From Candidatus Altiarchaeota archaeon (GTDB taxonomy: Archaea > Altiarchaeota > Altiarchaeia > IMC4 > SCGC-AAA252-I15), in the NCBI GenBank assembly GCA_043813075.1, contig JBDRLL010000041.1:15409-79408 (forward strand): a DNA stretch of 64,000 bases, read 5' to 3'. Both the position numbers and the translations under genes were made by a program. Positions 53,492 through 62,866 of this stretch are shown here, piece after piece (position 1 is the first letter of the stretch; every line of letters starts with the position of its first letter). The notes beneath the pieces were generated by a model, which made no database searches, was not told where the DNA came from, and was given only the letters and a program-made list of their open reading frames with translations.

Positions 53492-54656
53492 GCATTATAG
53501 TATCGTCATCCAATTCTTCACCGCCCAACACAACCTGCTCACTGTCCCGTAGGCTGAAATACTTGTAAGCCCGCCCTATCTTAACCCTGTCCACCAGGCC
53601 GTTGCCCATAAGATACCTCAAGTCGGCTGCGATATTCTTCTCCTTGCGGCCCAGCTTCCGTGAGATGTCTTTCGCGGACGCCGTGTTCTCAGAGTTGAGT
53701 ATGTCCAGTATCTTCTCGTGGCGGGGCTTAAGGTTGACAGGATCCTTGTAGACGAGCTCCAGGCTCGCCTCATCCACAGCCTCGTCCTCGATGATTCCTG
53801 AAGGCGTGTCTACCTGTTGTTCTTCACTGTCTGACGCCTGTGGCACAAGGTACTCCCTGCAGTCATCGCAGACGTGGTTATCGTTCACAAGCCAGTTAAG
53901 CCACTTAGTCTTCCCGCAGCAGTAGCACATTGACTCGAGCGGGTACTCGTTCCTAGAGTACTTGGGAGGCTCGGACACGTCCTTGCTTCCTAATGGCTCT
54001 GGCGTAGAATCCTTTGACTCCACCTCGACAACATCAGCCACCGAACCCTTCTGGGGATAGGGCATGCCTGAATCCTGTATGTACTCGTCCAACGCATCCA
54101 GTATGGCGTCAAGATCCTCGCCCGCGAGTATGCTCTCCAGACGGTCATTGGACAACTCCCTTAGGTTCATCCTTATCGTGGAAGAAGTGTTGCCTGATAA
54201 AGCCAGCGGCTCAGACCCGAATGAGGCGTCAACCCTGATGTTGTCGGAAGCCTTAAGCCCGAAATCCCGCATAAGCGGGTATTTTAAGCTGACTGTGGAG
54301 TGTGCGGGCACCATCACAGGCTCAGCGTACTCGCCGATAAGCTCATACCCCTTGATGACGCTCCCCGCTGAGGCAGTCATCATAGGTATGCCAGCGCCGT
54401 TCCCGTTACTCGTCTTCTCCCTCCACTCGCTCACCGGAGTGAGCTTGACAGCCCTCAGCGATGGCTTAACGTAGAAAGGCTTACCGCTCGTGTTCTCAAC
54501 CACAAGCTCGACATGCTCATTCTCCTTGTCATAAAGGACGTCATTGAATTTCACTGGAGAATTTACTTTCCTGACCCTTAGAAAAACGTATGTGGCCACG
54601 CCTAAGCCGAGCGCTGCGTACACTGGGGTTAAATCTAGTTTCATCTGGTACCACAC
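53484..54656 (-). CDS. Membrane-anchored protein with an internal Cys4 zinc-ribbon and a C-terminal winged-helix domain
   Basis: 390 aa.
- N-terminal TM: LTPVYAALGLGVATYVFL.
- A beta-rich domain follows.
- Zinc-ribbon: CYCCGKTKW...HVCDDCREY.
- wHTH: ILDILNSENTASAKDISRKLGRKEKNIAADLRYLMGNGLV. Confidence 0.6.
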   Translation of the reverse strand: MWYQMKLDLTPVYAALGLGVATYVFLRVRKVNSPVKFNDVLYDKENEHVELVVENTSGKPFYVKPSLRAVKLTPVSEWREKTSNGNGAGIPMMTASAGSVIKGYELIGEYAEPVMVPAHSTVSLKYPLMRDFGLKASDNIRVDASFGSEPLALSGNTSSTIRMNLRELSNDRLESILAGEDLDAILDALDEYIQDSGMPYPQKGSVADVVEVESKDSTPEPLGSKDVSEPPKYSRNEYPLESMCYCCGKTKWLNWLVNDNHVCDDCREYLVPQASDSEEQQVDTPSGIIEDEAVDEASLELVYKDPVNLKPRHEKILDILNSENTASAKDISRKLGRKEKNIAADLRYLMGNGLVDRVKIGRAYKYFSLRDSEQVVLGGEELDDDTIMLT

Positions 54657-54767
54657 ACAAAAAGACCTCTCTCAAATTATTCGTATAAGTAATATAAATA
54701 TTATACTGTAAAAACGGCCGGAATATTTATAATCAAGGCGTTTTAATAGACTATTTGGTGATAGTGT

Positions 54768-55022
54768 ATGACTGAAACCAAGGTGGGCGAGGTATTCAGT
54801 TTCTTCCCTAAACCAGGTGTCGCCGCATTGAGGATGACGAATGGGACACTGAAGGTGGGTGACAGGATACACGTCCTAGGCCACACCACAGACTTCACGC
54901 AGACCGTGAATTCAATACAGGTGGAGCATAACCAGGTGGGGGAAGCTAATGCGGGAGACCAGGTGGGTATAAAGGTCGAGTCCCGTGTGAGGCCCAATGA
55001 CACGGTCTATCGGATAGAATAG
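54768..55022 (+). CDS. Stand-alone EF-Tu domain-2-like beta-barrel protein
   Basis: 84 aa. VGEVFSFFPKPGVAALRMTNGTLKVGDRIHVLG...VGEANAGDQVGIKV matches the translation-factor domain II pattern. Confidence 0.6.
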   Translation: MTETKVGEVFSFFPKPGVAALRMTNGTLKVGDRIHVLGHTTDFTQTVNSIQVEHNQVGEANAGDQVGIKVESRVRPNDTVYRIE

Positions 55023-55080
55023 GGCCGGTGGGTATTTAGGCGTTGCTTCTAGATTTGATTACTGTTTCCCATGTAAGACG

Positions 55081-56265
55081 ATGGAATACCGTCCAGCATA
55101 CATACTACGGAAGACAGTGTCCGCTCTGCCACCATCAGCCCACATATACTTGATGTTCTACCTGCTGGTTGTGACAGGCTTCGGATCCGACCTGCTGGAC
55201 AGCCAGAACGACTTCAGGAAGGACTACTATGCGGCGGAAGCCTATTTCTCGGGGGGAAACCCCTATAGGCTGGATGATGCGCTGGCCTGGGAGCAGCAGC
55301 TTATGCCATACGTCTATCCCCCGCCAACACTGTACTTCTTCAGGGTATTCCTTCTGTGGGACTACGATACGTCTAGATACGTTTACGTTACGCTAAGATT
55401 CATCTCCCTTGCGTTGATATTGTACTTATGGTCTAAGGTTCTCGGGGAGGGAGGTATGGGTGATGACTTCATTATATACAGTGTGATGGCGTTCAACCTC
55501 ACAATATCCGTTAACCTGAGCACCGGGAACGTGTCCCTGCTGGAGCAATTGTTCATATGGACTGGGATATACTTCTTCCTGAGGAACAGGATTGTCCTGT
55601 TCACTGCGAGCATACTAGCCGCCTCAGTGTTCAAGATAACCCCCGTGACGCTGCTCCTACTGCTGTTGTTCAAGGGGGATGGTAGGAGCCTTATGTGCCT
55701 TGCGTCCGGGATAATCATCTTCTCAGCATACATTGCCGCACCATACTTCACGTCCCCCATACTCTTCAATGACTACGTCGGGAATGCGTCGAACGCCATC
55801 AACCTGTCTTTCGAGCGTGGTCTGATGAACCCGTGCAACTACATGCTTACTGGAGACATCGCGAACATATTCGGACTGGACTCCATGACGCGTATAATCC
55901 TGTATGCAGTAATCGTGTCGACAGTCCTATCCATAAGCCTTGCGGCGATGATTAGGCTATACCGTGCAAAACCCGTTGGATGGGAGACGGAACTTGTGTT
56001 GTTCGCATGCATTGCATACTCGTTCACGACACTGCACTTCAAGGACTACTCGTACATACTCCTGATGCTCCCAGCATACTATGTGATAAAGAAGCCGGAA
56101 TTCAGGAGAGTCTATAGGATAGTGTTCCTCCTAACACTCATTCCAATGCCCTACTACGACAAGACGGGGACGCTACTGGATCTGACTCAATACCACCAGC
56201 TATACCTGGCGTACATGGCATGGTTCATGTATCTGGCACACATATTCAAGGCCAGGAAAACATGA
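55081..56265 (+). CDS. GT-C fold membrane glycosyltransferase (GT87/DUF2029-like)
   Basis: 394 aa with about 10 TM helices. The first-loop motif is NDFRKDYYAAEAYFSGGNPY...YVYPP, characteristic of the DUF2029/GT87 family. Confidence 0.5.
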   Translation: MEYRPAYILRKTVSALPPSAHIYLMFYLLVVTGFGSDLLDSQNDFRKDYYAAEAYFSGGNPYRLDDALAWEQQLMPYVYPPPTLYFFRVFLLWDYDTSRYVYVTLRFISLALILYLWSKVLGEGGMGDDFIIYSVMAFNLTISVNLSTGNVSLLEQLFIWTGIYFFLRNRIVLFTASILAASVFKITPVTLLLLLLFKGDGRSLMCLASGIIIFSAYIAAPYFTSPILFNDYVGNASNAINLSFERGLMNPCNYMLTGDIANIFGLDSMTRIILYAVIVSTVLSISLAAMIRLYRAKPVGWETELVLFACIAYSFTTLHFKDYSYILLMLPAYYVIKKPEFRRVYRIVFLLTLIPMPYYDKTGTLLDLTQYHQLYLAYMAWFMYLAHIFKARKT

Positions 56266-56282
56266 TTTATAGCAGATTACCT

Positions 56283-56298
56283 GAATATTTGAATATTC
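56283..56298. promoter_or_regulatory. Operator-like palindrome GAATATT-TG-AATATTC upstream of metV
   Basis: A perfect 7-bp inverted repeat read from the sequence, 66 nt upstream of ATG 56364. AT-rich TATA-like sequence (TTATTATTAACATATA) lies between it and the start. Confidence 0.25.
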
Positions 56299-56363
56299 CA
56301 TCCCATAGGTTCAGGATATGCCTTAGGGGTTATTATTAACATATACCATATATTGGATAGGCC

Positions 56364-56993
56364 ATGATAATCACGGAGAAGAAACCTTACGGAGAGGTAT
56401 TAAGCCATCTTAAAGGATGTGGTAATGTCGCAGTCCTAGGTTGCGGTAGGTGCGCCACAACATGCCAGACGGGAGGCGAGGCTGAGGTGGCTGAGATGGT
56501 GGAATACCTAAAGTCGGAGGGGATTAGTGTAGAGTATAGTCAGGTTGTTGAAGCCCAATGCGACCAGAGGCTGGCGGTGAAGGCTGTTAAAGCGGCTGGA
56601 GACGTCGACGCCTTCGTCTCAATGGCGTGCGGGAGCGGGGCTTCAGCGCTCGCAGACCTGACGGAAAAGACGGTGGTGCCGTCAAACAACACCCTATTCC
56701 TGGGGGTCGTCAGGAGGATTGGGGAATACGATGAGAGGTGCAGCATGTGCGGTGACTGCACGCTCACCCAGACAGCGGGGGTATGCGTTAAAACCAGGTG
56801 CAGTAAAAAACTGCTGAACGGACCCTGCGGCGGGAGCATTGATGGCAAATGCGAGGTAGGCGGCGGAAGGGAGTGCGCCTGGGGAATGATAGTCAAAAAA
56901 CTCAAGTCCAGGGAAAGCGTGGACGATATCAAGAGCATAAGGGAGCCGAGTAGGATTAGCGAGAACAACAGGCCGAGGAGGATGGGCGGATGA
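56364..56993 (+). CDS. metV: MetV-type protein (methylene-tetrahydrofolate reductase C-terminal-like, Cys-rich)
   Basis: 209 aa with GCGRCATTCQTGGE ... CSMCGDCTLTQTAGVCVKTRCSKKLLNGPCGG...CEV...CAW. This is the pattern of the MTHFR_C domain found next to metF in acetogens. Confidence 0.8.
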   Translation: MIITEKKPYGEVLSHLKGCGNVAVLGCGRCATTCQTGGEAEVAEMVEYLKSEGISVEYSQVVEAQCDQRLAVKAVKAAGDVDAFVSMACGSGASALADLTEKTVVPSNNTLFLGVVRRIGEYDERCSMCGDCTLTQTAGVCVKTRCSKKLLNGPCGGSIDGKCEVGGGRECAWGMIVKKLKSRESVDDIKSIREPSRISENNRPRRMGG

Positions 56994-57853
56994 GCTTTAG
57001 GAGTAAGATACTGTCGGGAGGTTTCGCTGTGACCGGGGAGATAGCTCCCGCCAAGGGCGTTGACGAAAGGAAGATTATGGACGTGGCCAGCCTACTGAAG
57101 GATTGTGTTGACGCCATTAACGTGACAGACAACCAGAGGGCGTGCGTCAGGACATCGTCACTAGCAGTATCGAAGATGCTGTTGGATTCAGGGGTGGATC
57201 CTGTATTCCAGATGACGTGCCGGGACCGGAACAGGATAGGAATCCAGTCGGACCTGCTGGGCGCCCACATGCTGGGGATCAGGAACGTCCTGGCTTTGAC
57301 TGGGGATCACCCGTCTTCAGGAGACCATCCTAGCGCGATGCCAGTGTACGACATAGACTCCACCCAGCTTATTCAAGCCATCAGAGGCCTCAACAAGGGG
57401 GTTGACATGGAGGGCAACAAGCTAGACGGGAAGACCGACTTTCTAGTGGGGGCGGCATTCAATCCCGGCGCTGAAGACAGGGATGTTGAATTATTGAGGA
57501 TAAGTAGGAAGATGGAGGCTGGAGCCATGTTCTTCCAGACCCAGGTCGTCTATGATGCGGAAGACTTCATAGGATTCATGAAGGAGGTGCCGTCCAACGC
57601 GAAAGTGCTCGCAGGCATAGTACCATTGAAGTCCAAGCGTATGGCAGATTTCATGAACGAGAAGATTCCGGGAGTGAGCGTCCCGCAGAGACTGATAGAC
57701 GAGCTTGAGGGGGCTGATAACCCCGTTGAGGAGGGGATAAGCCAGGCGGCAGACATAATAAGGGAGATAAGGCCATACTGTAGTGGAGTGCACATGATGG
57801 CTTTAGGCTCCGAAAAGCACGTCAAGACAATACTCGACAAGGCAGGGGTATGA
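56990..57853 (+). CDS. metF: Methylenetetrahydrofolate reductase (small MetF type)
   Basis: 287-aa TIM-barrel MTHFR pattern: FAVTGEIAPAKG, INVTDNQRA, MTCRDRNRIGIQSDLLGAHMLGIRNVLALTGD. The start overlaps the metV stop. Confidence 0.85.
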   Translation: MSFRSKILSGGFAVTGEIAPAKGVDERKIMDVASLLKDCVDAINVTDNQRACVRTSSLAVSKMLLDSGVDPVFQMTCRDRNRIGIQSDLLGAHMLGIRNVLALTGDHPSSGDHPSAMPVYDIDSTQLIQAIRGLNKGVDMEGNKLDGKTDFLVGAAFNPGAEDRDVELLRISRKMEAGAMFFQTQVVYDAEDFIGFMKEVPSNAKVLAGIVPLKSKRMADFMNEKIPGVSVPQRLIDELEGADNPVEEGISQAADIIREIRPYCSGVHMMALGSEKHVKTILDKAGV

Positions 57854-58497
57854 GAGTCCTGATCACAGCAGGCCCTACGAGAGAGCCACTGGATGACGTT
57901 AGATACATAAGCAACCGTAGCTCGGGTAAGATGGGCTACGCGCTCGCCGAAGAATCCGTGAGAAGGGGCTACCAGACCATACTTGTCTCCGGGCCAGCAA
58001 GCCTGCAGCCGCCGGAAGGCGTTCAACACGTCACGGTCGAGACCTCTGACGAGATGATAGACGCCGTTATTGAATGGCTTGGTGAGGGTATTGACGTCCT
58101 CATATCCTCCGCAGCGATATCAGACTTCAAGCCCGATAAAACCAATGGCAAGATATCCTCTGGCAGCGGTCTTAATCTCGTCCTGAAGCCTGCAAGAAAG
58201 CTCATCAAGGTGGTGAGGGACTATGATAAGGAATTGTTCCTGGTCGCATTCAAGGCAGAGCACGGCGCCGACAACCAGAGACTTGTCGAAAAGGCGGGGA
58301 AGATGCTGGTGGATGATGGAGTTAACCTGGTTGTCGCCAATGACGTGTCCAGAAACATCTTCGACTCTGATGATACCGAAGCGGTCATAGTAGGCCCCAG
58401 AGGCGAGACCGTTATGAGCAGGATGAGCAAGGCTGAAGCAGCATCCATGATATGGGATGTCGTCGACGATGAGTTTAGAGTTCGGTCATCTTCTTGA
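57850..58497 (+). CDS. coaB: Phosphopantothenate-cysteine ligase (stand-alone CoaB domain)
   Basis: MRVLITAGPTREPLDDVRYISNRSSGKMG is the hallmark CoaB N-terminus. No CoaC half is attached. The start overlaps the metF stop. Confidence 0.85.
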   Translation: MRVLITAGPTREPLDDVRYISNRSSGKMGYALAEESVRRGYQTILVSGPASLQPPEGVQHVTVETSDEMIDAVIEWLGEGIDVLISSAAISDFKPDKTNGKISSGSGLNLVLKPARKLIKVVRDYDKELFLVAFKAEHGADNQRLVEKAGKMLVDDGVNLVVANDVSRNIFDSDDTEAVIVGPRGETVMSRMSKAEAASMIWDVVDDEFRVRSSS

Positions 58498-59455
58498 ACT
58501 CTGTCGGACCCACGCCGAAGAACTCCTCATTCAACTGGAGTATTATGAGGAAGAGTATTCCAACGACAACATCTATGGTCCTCGACTTGGACACGAGTAT
58601 GGGATCTGTTATGCTCAGCATGCCGACTATCAAGAGCATCGAGTACATTAGCTGGGCCATGCCGACGTAGAACTTAAGCGCATCGGCTATGCTTTTCTTA
58701 GGGTAGGATATTAACAGGCCTGTTGTCAGCACCACCATGCACCCCATCAGGTAGATCCCAGTGTCGTCCGGATCCAGCATCATGAGGCCCGCAATGTATA
58801 TGAGGAACACCAGCGTTATGATGACTGCTATATGCTTTCTCCTCATGTTTATCAACAGCATCACCCATTCGACAAAGGATATGAAGCTCCTGGTCTTCAG
58901 GTATTTCTCGTACTGCCTGTAGAGTATCAGAACCAGGGCGAGTAGGATGGCGCCGAGAAGGAAGTTGAGTATCGCAGTGTTTGGCGAGAGTATGAAGTTG
59001 TAGAGCAGGTAGAGGGAGAGCAGGGTGGACGCGATTATTAGTATGTCCCTGAGGTTCATGAAGAATGAGACTATAACGGAGGTGAAACTCCTCTTTGACG
59101 TGTCAGCGAAACGCCCGAACTTCTGTTTCACGGTATACTTGGGTTTCGCATCCTCCGCCACATCCCTCTCATGCTCCTCCAGCATGCGTACAATGTCTTT
59201 CTGCCTGTCCAATGCTTTGGGAGTGACCTCAAGCAGCGGCTCCCCCAACTCGTCTCCAGAAACCCTAATCCACCCTTCAGACTCTAGCTCGCTTATCCAA
59301 GCCTTACCCACCTCAGGACTTATGCCAATCTTCTTGAACGCCAGGTCTCGGCGCACACGCCCCAACTCGAACACGAGGGCCAGGAAATGCTTTTTAGTCA
59401 ACCCCCTGTGAAGCCCTTTACCGCCTCCTTCCGAGCTTTCACCGGCTTCAACCAT
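58475..59455 (-). CDS. Membrane protein with an N-terminal wHTH-like domain and ~6 TM helices
   Basis: 326 aa. The N-terminal ~90 aa (FLALVFELGRVRRDLAFKKIGISPEVGKAWISELESEGWIRV) look like a wHTH and the rest is polytopic. The 3' end overlaps the coaB 3' end by 23 nt (convergent). Confidence 0.55.
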   Translation of the reverse strand: MVEAGESSEGGGKGLHRGLTKKHFLALVFELGRVRRDLAFKKIGISPEVGKAWISELESEGWIRVSGDELGEPLLEVTPKALDRQKDIVRMLEEHERDVAEDAKPKYTVKQKFGRFADTSKRSFTSVIVSFFMNLRDILIIASTLLSLYLLYNFILSPNTAILNFLLGAILLALVLILYRQYEKYLKTRSFISFVEWVMLLINMRRKHIAVIITLVFLIYIAGLMMLDPDDTGIYLMGCMVVLTTGLLISYPKKSIADALKFYVGMAQLMYSMLLIVGMLSITDPILVSKSRTIDVVVGILFLIILQLNEEFFGVGPTEFKKMTEL

Positions 59456-59462
59456 CTTTGTC

Positions 59463-60569
59463 CTATGGCAGCAGATTACCTGAAGCTATCTTCTCTGGCA
59501 GATACTTTTCAGCCACGAACTCAAGACTCTTCGACGCGAGCGCCTGCTGCTCTATCCTCACGCCCTTCTCAGCCATCAACTTCAGCTCATGACGCCACTC
59601 CTTAGCCTGGAACCAGGGATACTGGAGTAGCTCGTTAATCCTCTTCTTGTCCACGTCCTTAAGCTTCTCAGTCACCTTTTCAAGGCCGTATTCCTCTATA
59701 TCGGTCACAGTCATGCCCACAAACTTGCTTTCAGGCGTTCCGAGACGCCTTGACTCGTGGGCCAACGCCATGGAACCAGCCTTCAGTACAGAGTATATGT
59801 AGTAACCCCACGGGTCGCCGTCAGTGAACATGATTATCGGAAGCTTCAACTCCTTGTTTATCCTGTTGACGAGCCTCCTGCAGCCACGCGCAGCCTGGCC
59901 CTTCGTGGAGACCATGATGCAGTCATTCTTCAGGTGATACTTTTCCTCTACAAGCCGGTCGAACATCGCGCCGGTCTCTATGACAAGCACGTACTGCGCG
60001 TCAAAGTCCCTGAACTTATACTGCTCGACTATGGAGGGTATGGACAGTCCGCTCCTCCCCAGCTTGCTGCAGTCGATGACGTCCCCGGAATCCTCGATGA
60101 CTATCTTGCCGATAAGCGTCCCCTTATCGTCAGCCTTCAGGTGGAGTTCCTCCCGCAAAACCTCCAGCATTGTCTCCAAATCCACTATAAGCGGGTCGGA
60201 CTCGCTCTGGTCTTCGAAAGTGTTCTCCTTAGTGTTGTCTATCGTATGCTTCATCTGATAGTACAACTCCCTTATGCTCGCGGTCTTGCCGCGCGAGACG
60301 AATTCCTTGCACTTTGACGCGATCAGGAAGGTTTGCATGAACTTCCTGGAGTGTGCTATGTTCATGAAGCTCCTCGATGAAGTCTTATCCCCTATGCGGA
60401 GCAGGTTCTCCTTCTTGTCGAAGATGACGTTCCCCAGACTCCTCTGCGGCACGTGCACGCTCAGACGCTCCTTCTTCGAAATCTTCTTCACCATCCCCTC
60501 GCCCAAAGCCGTAAGCTTCTCTACAACCTCCTTGTCCACGTTCTTTGGCTTGCTAGACTTGGATGTCAT
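59463..60569 (-). CDS. top6A: DNA topoisomerase VI subunit A (Spo11-like)
   Basis: 368 aa with the winged-helix catalytic Tyr region (SIRELYYQ) and Toprim (VLVIETGAMFDRL, FTDGDPWGYYI). Confidence 0.95.
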   Translation of the reverse strand: MTSKSSKPKNVDKEVVEKLTALGEGMVKKISKKERLSVHVPQRSLGNVIFDKKENLLRIGDKTSSRSFMNIAHSRKFMQTFLIASKCKEFVSRGKTASIRELYYQMKHTIDNTKENTFEDQSESDPLIVDLETMLEVLREELHLKADDKGTLIGKIVIEDSGDVIDCSKLGRSGLSIPSIVEQYKFRDFDAQYVLVIETGAMFDRLVEEKYHLKNDCIMVSTKGQAARGCRRLVNRINKELKLPIIMFTDGDPWGYYIYSVLKAGSMALAHESRRLGTPESKFVGMTVTDIEEYGLEKVTEKLKDVDKKRINELLQYPWFQAKEWRHELKLMAEKGVRIEQQALASKSLEFVAEKYLPEKIASGNLLP

Positions 60570-62227
60570 TCAACATCACCCTCCTTATCGTCGAAAGTCG
60601 TCTCCACTTCCTCCTCCTCCTCAGCAGCCTCCTCTATACCCTCAATCTTGAGGCGGTATTTAATCAGGTTCTGCAGGTCCTTAAGTATCTTACCCTCGTC
60701 CTTACCAGTCATCCTCGCTATCGCGGCAGCCAGCTCGGTACTGTACTTCATGAGCGAGTGCAGCCTCGCCTCCTTCTCGAACTCCCTCCGCTTCTTAGAA
60801 TGGTAGCGCTGGAACTTCCTTGCGACCTCCATCAACGCCATGCGTATCTCCTTCACCACGTCAGGATTGGATGACACACTCTGCTTACCTGCTGAAGTGT
60901 ACGGAACGTAGACGCTGACCAGGTTGACGAACACTGTTATGGGCGCGTTATCGAAGTCGCGTATGTCATACCTCTTCCAGTCGACGCTGCTCACAGCCTC
61001 TGAGATACCGCAGCCGCCGTAGTCGAACAATAGGGGCGCGCTGTTGGCGAAACGCATTACCTCGGACTTCTTACCCTCACCGGAACTCCTCCCAGCGTTG
61101 CCGCCATACGCGACCGCAACCTCCACCTGGAATGGTATGCCACCAGAATAGGTTGTCGGATTCCGCGTCACAATGGACTCGAACTCAGGCTTCAATATGC
61201 TGGTGACCGCGCTGTGAATCTGCTTCTCCCCGATAGGCCGCAAACCGCCGACCGGCGGGGCCATGAAGTCGACCTGCTCGAATGCCGCGGCTATCTCCTC
61301 TGCCTCAGCCCACGTCAGCTTCCTCGGGTTCTTCTTCAGGTCGAAGTTGACTTTAGCCTGTATCTCACCCACCTTGGACTTGCTGATTCGGGTGAAGTCT
61401 GATTCGAGGAAGCTTGAAACATGCCTTGAGATGGACTTCTTAGCCATCTGGAGGAGTTCGTCCGTGTCCATACCCTTTGGGTGAGGCTTAGTCTCCACCG
61501 GCGGCTTTGGCACCAACTTGCTGGACCTCTGGAACACTGACTTCCTGCCCTCAGGATCCATGAACGTTATCGACAGGTGGGGGTTGGCTATCGCAGTCCT
61601 TCGTATGTACTCGTATGGACCGTATTCGCCGAGGTTGAATAGGACTCCCTTGAGCTCGCCCTCTATCTCGGTGCCACGCCACTTGCCAGTTATAATCTTG
61701 GTTTCTATGACATCCGCCTTGTTCTTCACGACATCCACCAGCAGGTGGACTTCATGTATCTTCCCGTTGCCGGTGCTCGTGAGGATCTTCATGGGCTTCC
61801 CTGTAGTCATCTGGGAGAACAATGTGACGCCAGTCACTCCGATGCCCTGCTGGCCCCTCAGCTGAACGCTCCTGTGGAATTTGGTTCCAGCCAGCATCTT
61901 CCCGAACACGTCGTTGATGTGGCTCTCAGGTATCCCTGGGCCGTTGTCGGTGCTAGTGAAGCGGTAGTGCTCTTTCCCAACCTGCTTGATCTTGACGGAT
62001 ATTTCAGGCAGTATTCCGGACTCCTCGCACGCGTCCAGCGAGTTGGTGATAAGCTCGTGGACTACGGTGGTGAGGCTCCTAACCTTCCCGGAGTAGCCTA
62101 GGTGGGCTTTGTTCTTCCTGAAGAATTCGGTTACAGAGACCTCGCGGAACTCCTTGAATATTTCCTCAGCCTCCTTCTCCTTGACAGGCTCGTCCGGCTT
62201 CTTGTTCACTTGTTTTTTATCTGACAT
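60566..62227 (-). CDS. top6B: DNA topoisomerase VI subunit B (GHKL ATPase)
   Basis: 553 aa with Bergerat-fold motifs ELITNSLDA, DNGPGIP and GQQGIGVTG. It overlaps top6A by 4 nt. Confidence 0.95.
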   Translation of the reverse strand: MSDKKQVNKKPDEPVKEKEAEEIFKEFREVSVTEFFRKNKAHLGYSGKVRSLTTVVHELITNSLDACEESGILPEISVKIKQVGKEHYRFTSTDNGPGIPESHINDVFGKMLAGTKFHRSVQLRGQQGIGVTGVTLFSQMTTGKPMKILTSTGNGKIHEVHLLVDVVKNKADVIETKIITGKWRGTEIEGELKGVLFNLGEYGPYEYIRRTAIANPHLSITFMDPEGRKSVFQRSSKLVPKPPVETKPHPKGMDTDELLQMAKKSISRHVSSFLESDFTRISKSKVGEIQAKVNFDLKKNPRKLTWAEAEEIAAAFEQVDFMAPPVGGLRPIGEKQIHSAVTSILKPEFESIVTRNPTTYSGGIPFQVEVAVAYGGNAGRSSGEGKKSEVMRFANSAPLLFDYGGCGISEAVSSVDWKRYDIRDFDNAPITVFVNLVSVYVPYTSAGKQSVSSNPDVVKEIRMALMEVARKFQRYHSKKRREFEKEARLHSLMKYSTELAAAIARMTGKDEGKILKDLQNLIKYRLKIEGIEEAAEEEEEVETTFDDKEGDVE

Positions 62228-62294
62228 GACAATCCTTGGTAAAAAAATAACCTAATGTATTGGAAGTTGTTGGTTAATAAACTCTCCCCTAGAA

Positions 62295-62804
62295 TCAGAC
62301 CTCAATCCTCTTGTTGATGACCCTCTTCTCCAGCATACGGTATACGGTACTGTGTTTCGCTCCGTTCACGAGCATGGACACAGCCTCCCTCGCCAGCGCG
62401 ACATCGTTGAAGGAGCCGATTATCCCGATGGTCTTGCCGTATACTGACAGCAGTGTGTTGGTGTTGCGCTCTATGAACCTTCTCGTCCGACCCTTCTCGC
62501 CGATAACCCTGCCCCTGACCCGCATCAGGTTCCTGGGTGACGAGGCGATCTCCCCCAGCTCGATGAGGTCGAAGACGTAGTCGTCCTTAAGAAGCTGCCT
62601 AGCCTTATCGGGAGCGAAACCCCGGCCTATAGCGTGTACGATATCCTTCATCTTCCACTCCATGACAGGGTCGCCTTCCACCGTTACTTCGGTCTCCGCT
62701 ATGGTTATCCTAGTCTTGCTCCTGGACTCCAAGTCCCTCTTGGTCTGCCCTTCCCGGCCTATGAGGACGCTTACCCTATCTTCAGGTATCCTGACAGTCT
62801 GCAT
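62295..62804 (-). CDS. KH-domain RNA-binding protein (archaeal Dim2/Pno1-like)
   Basis: 169 aa with two KH-type units (VLIGREGQTKRDLE; VIGEKGRTRRFIE). Confidence 0.8.
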   Translation of the reverse strand: MQTVRIPEDRVSVLIGREGQTKRDLESRSKTRITIAETEVTVEGDPVMEWKMKDIVHAIGRGFAPDKARQLLKDDYVFDLIELGEIASSPRNLMRVRGRVIGEKGRTRRFIERNTNTLLSVYGKTIGIIGSFNDVALAREAVSMLVNGAKHSTVYRMLEKRVINKRIEV

Positions 62805-62866
62805 GTGTTTAGATTAACAGTTGGGGTTTAAAAGCATTAATAGAGTCCGCGTGAAAATGATTACTT

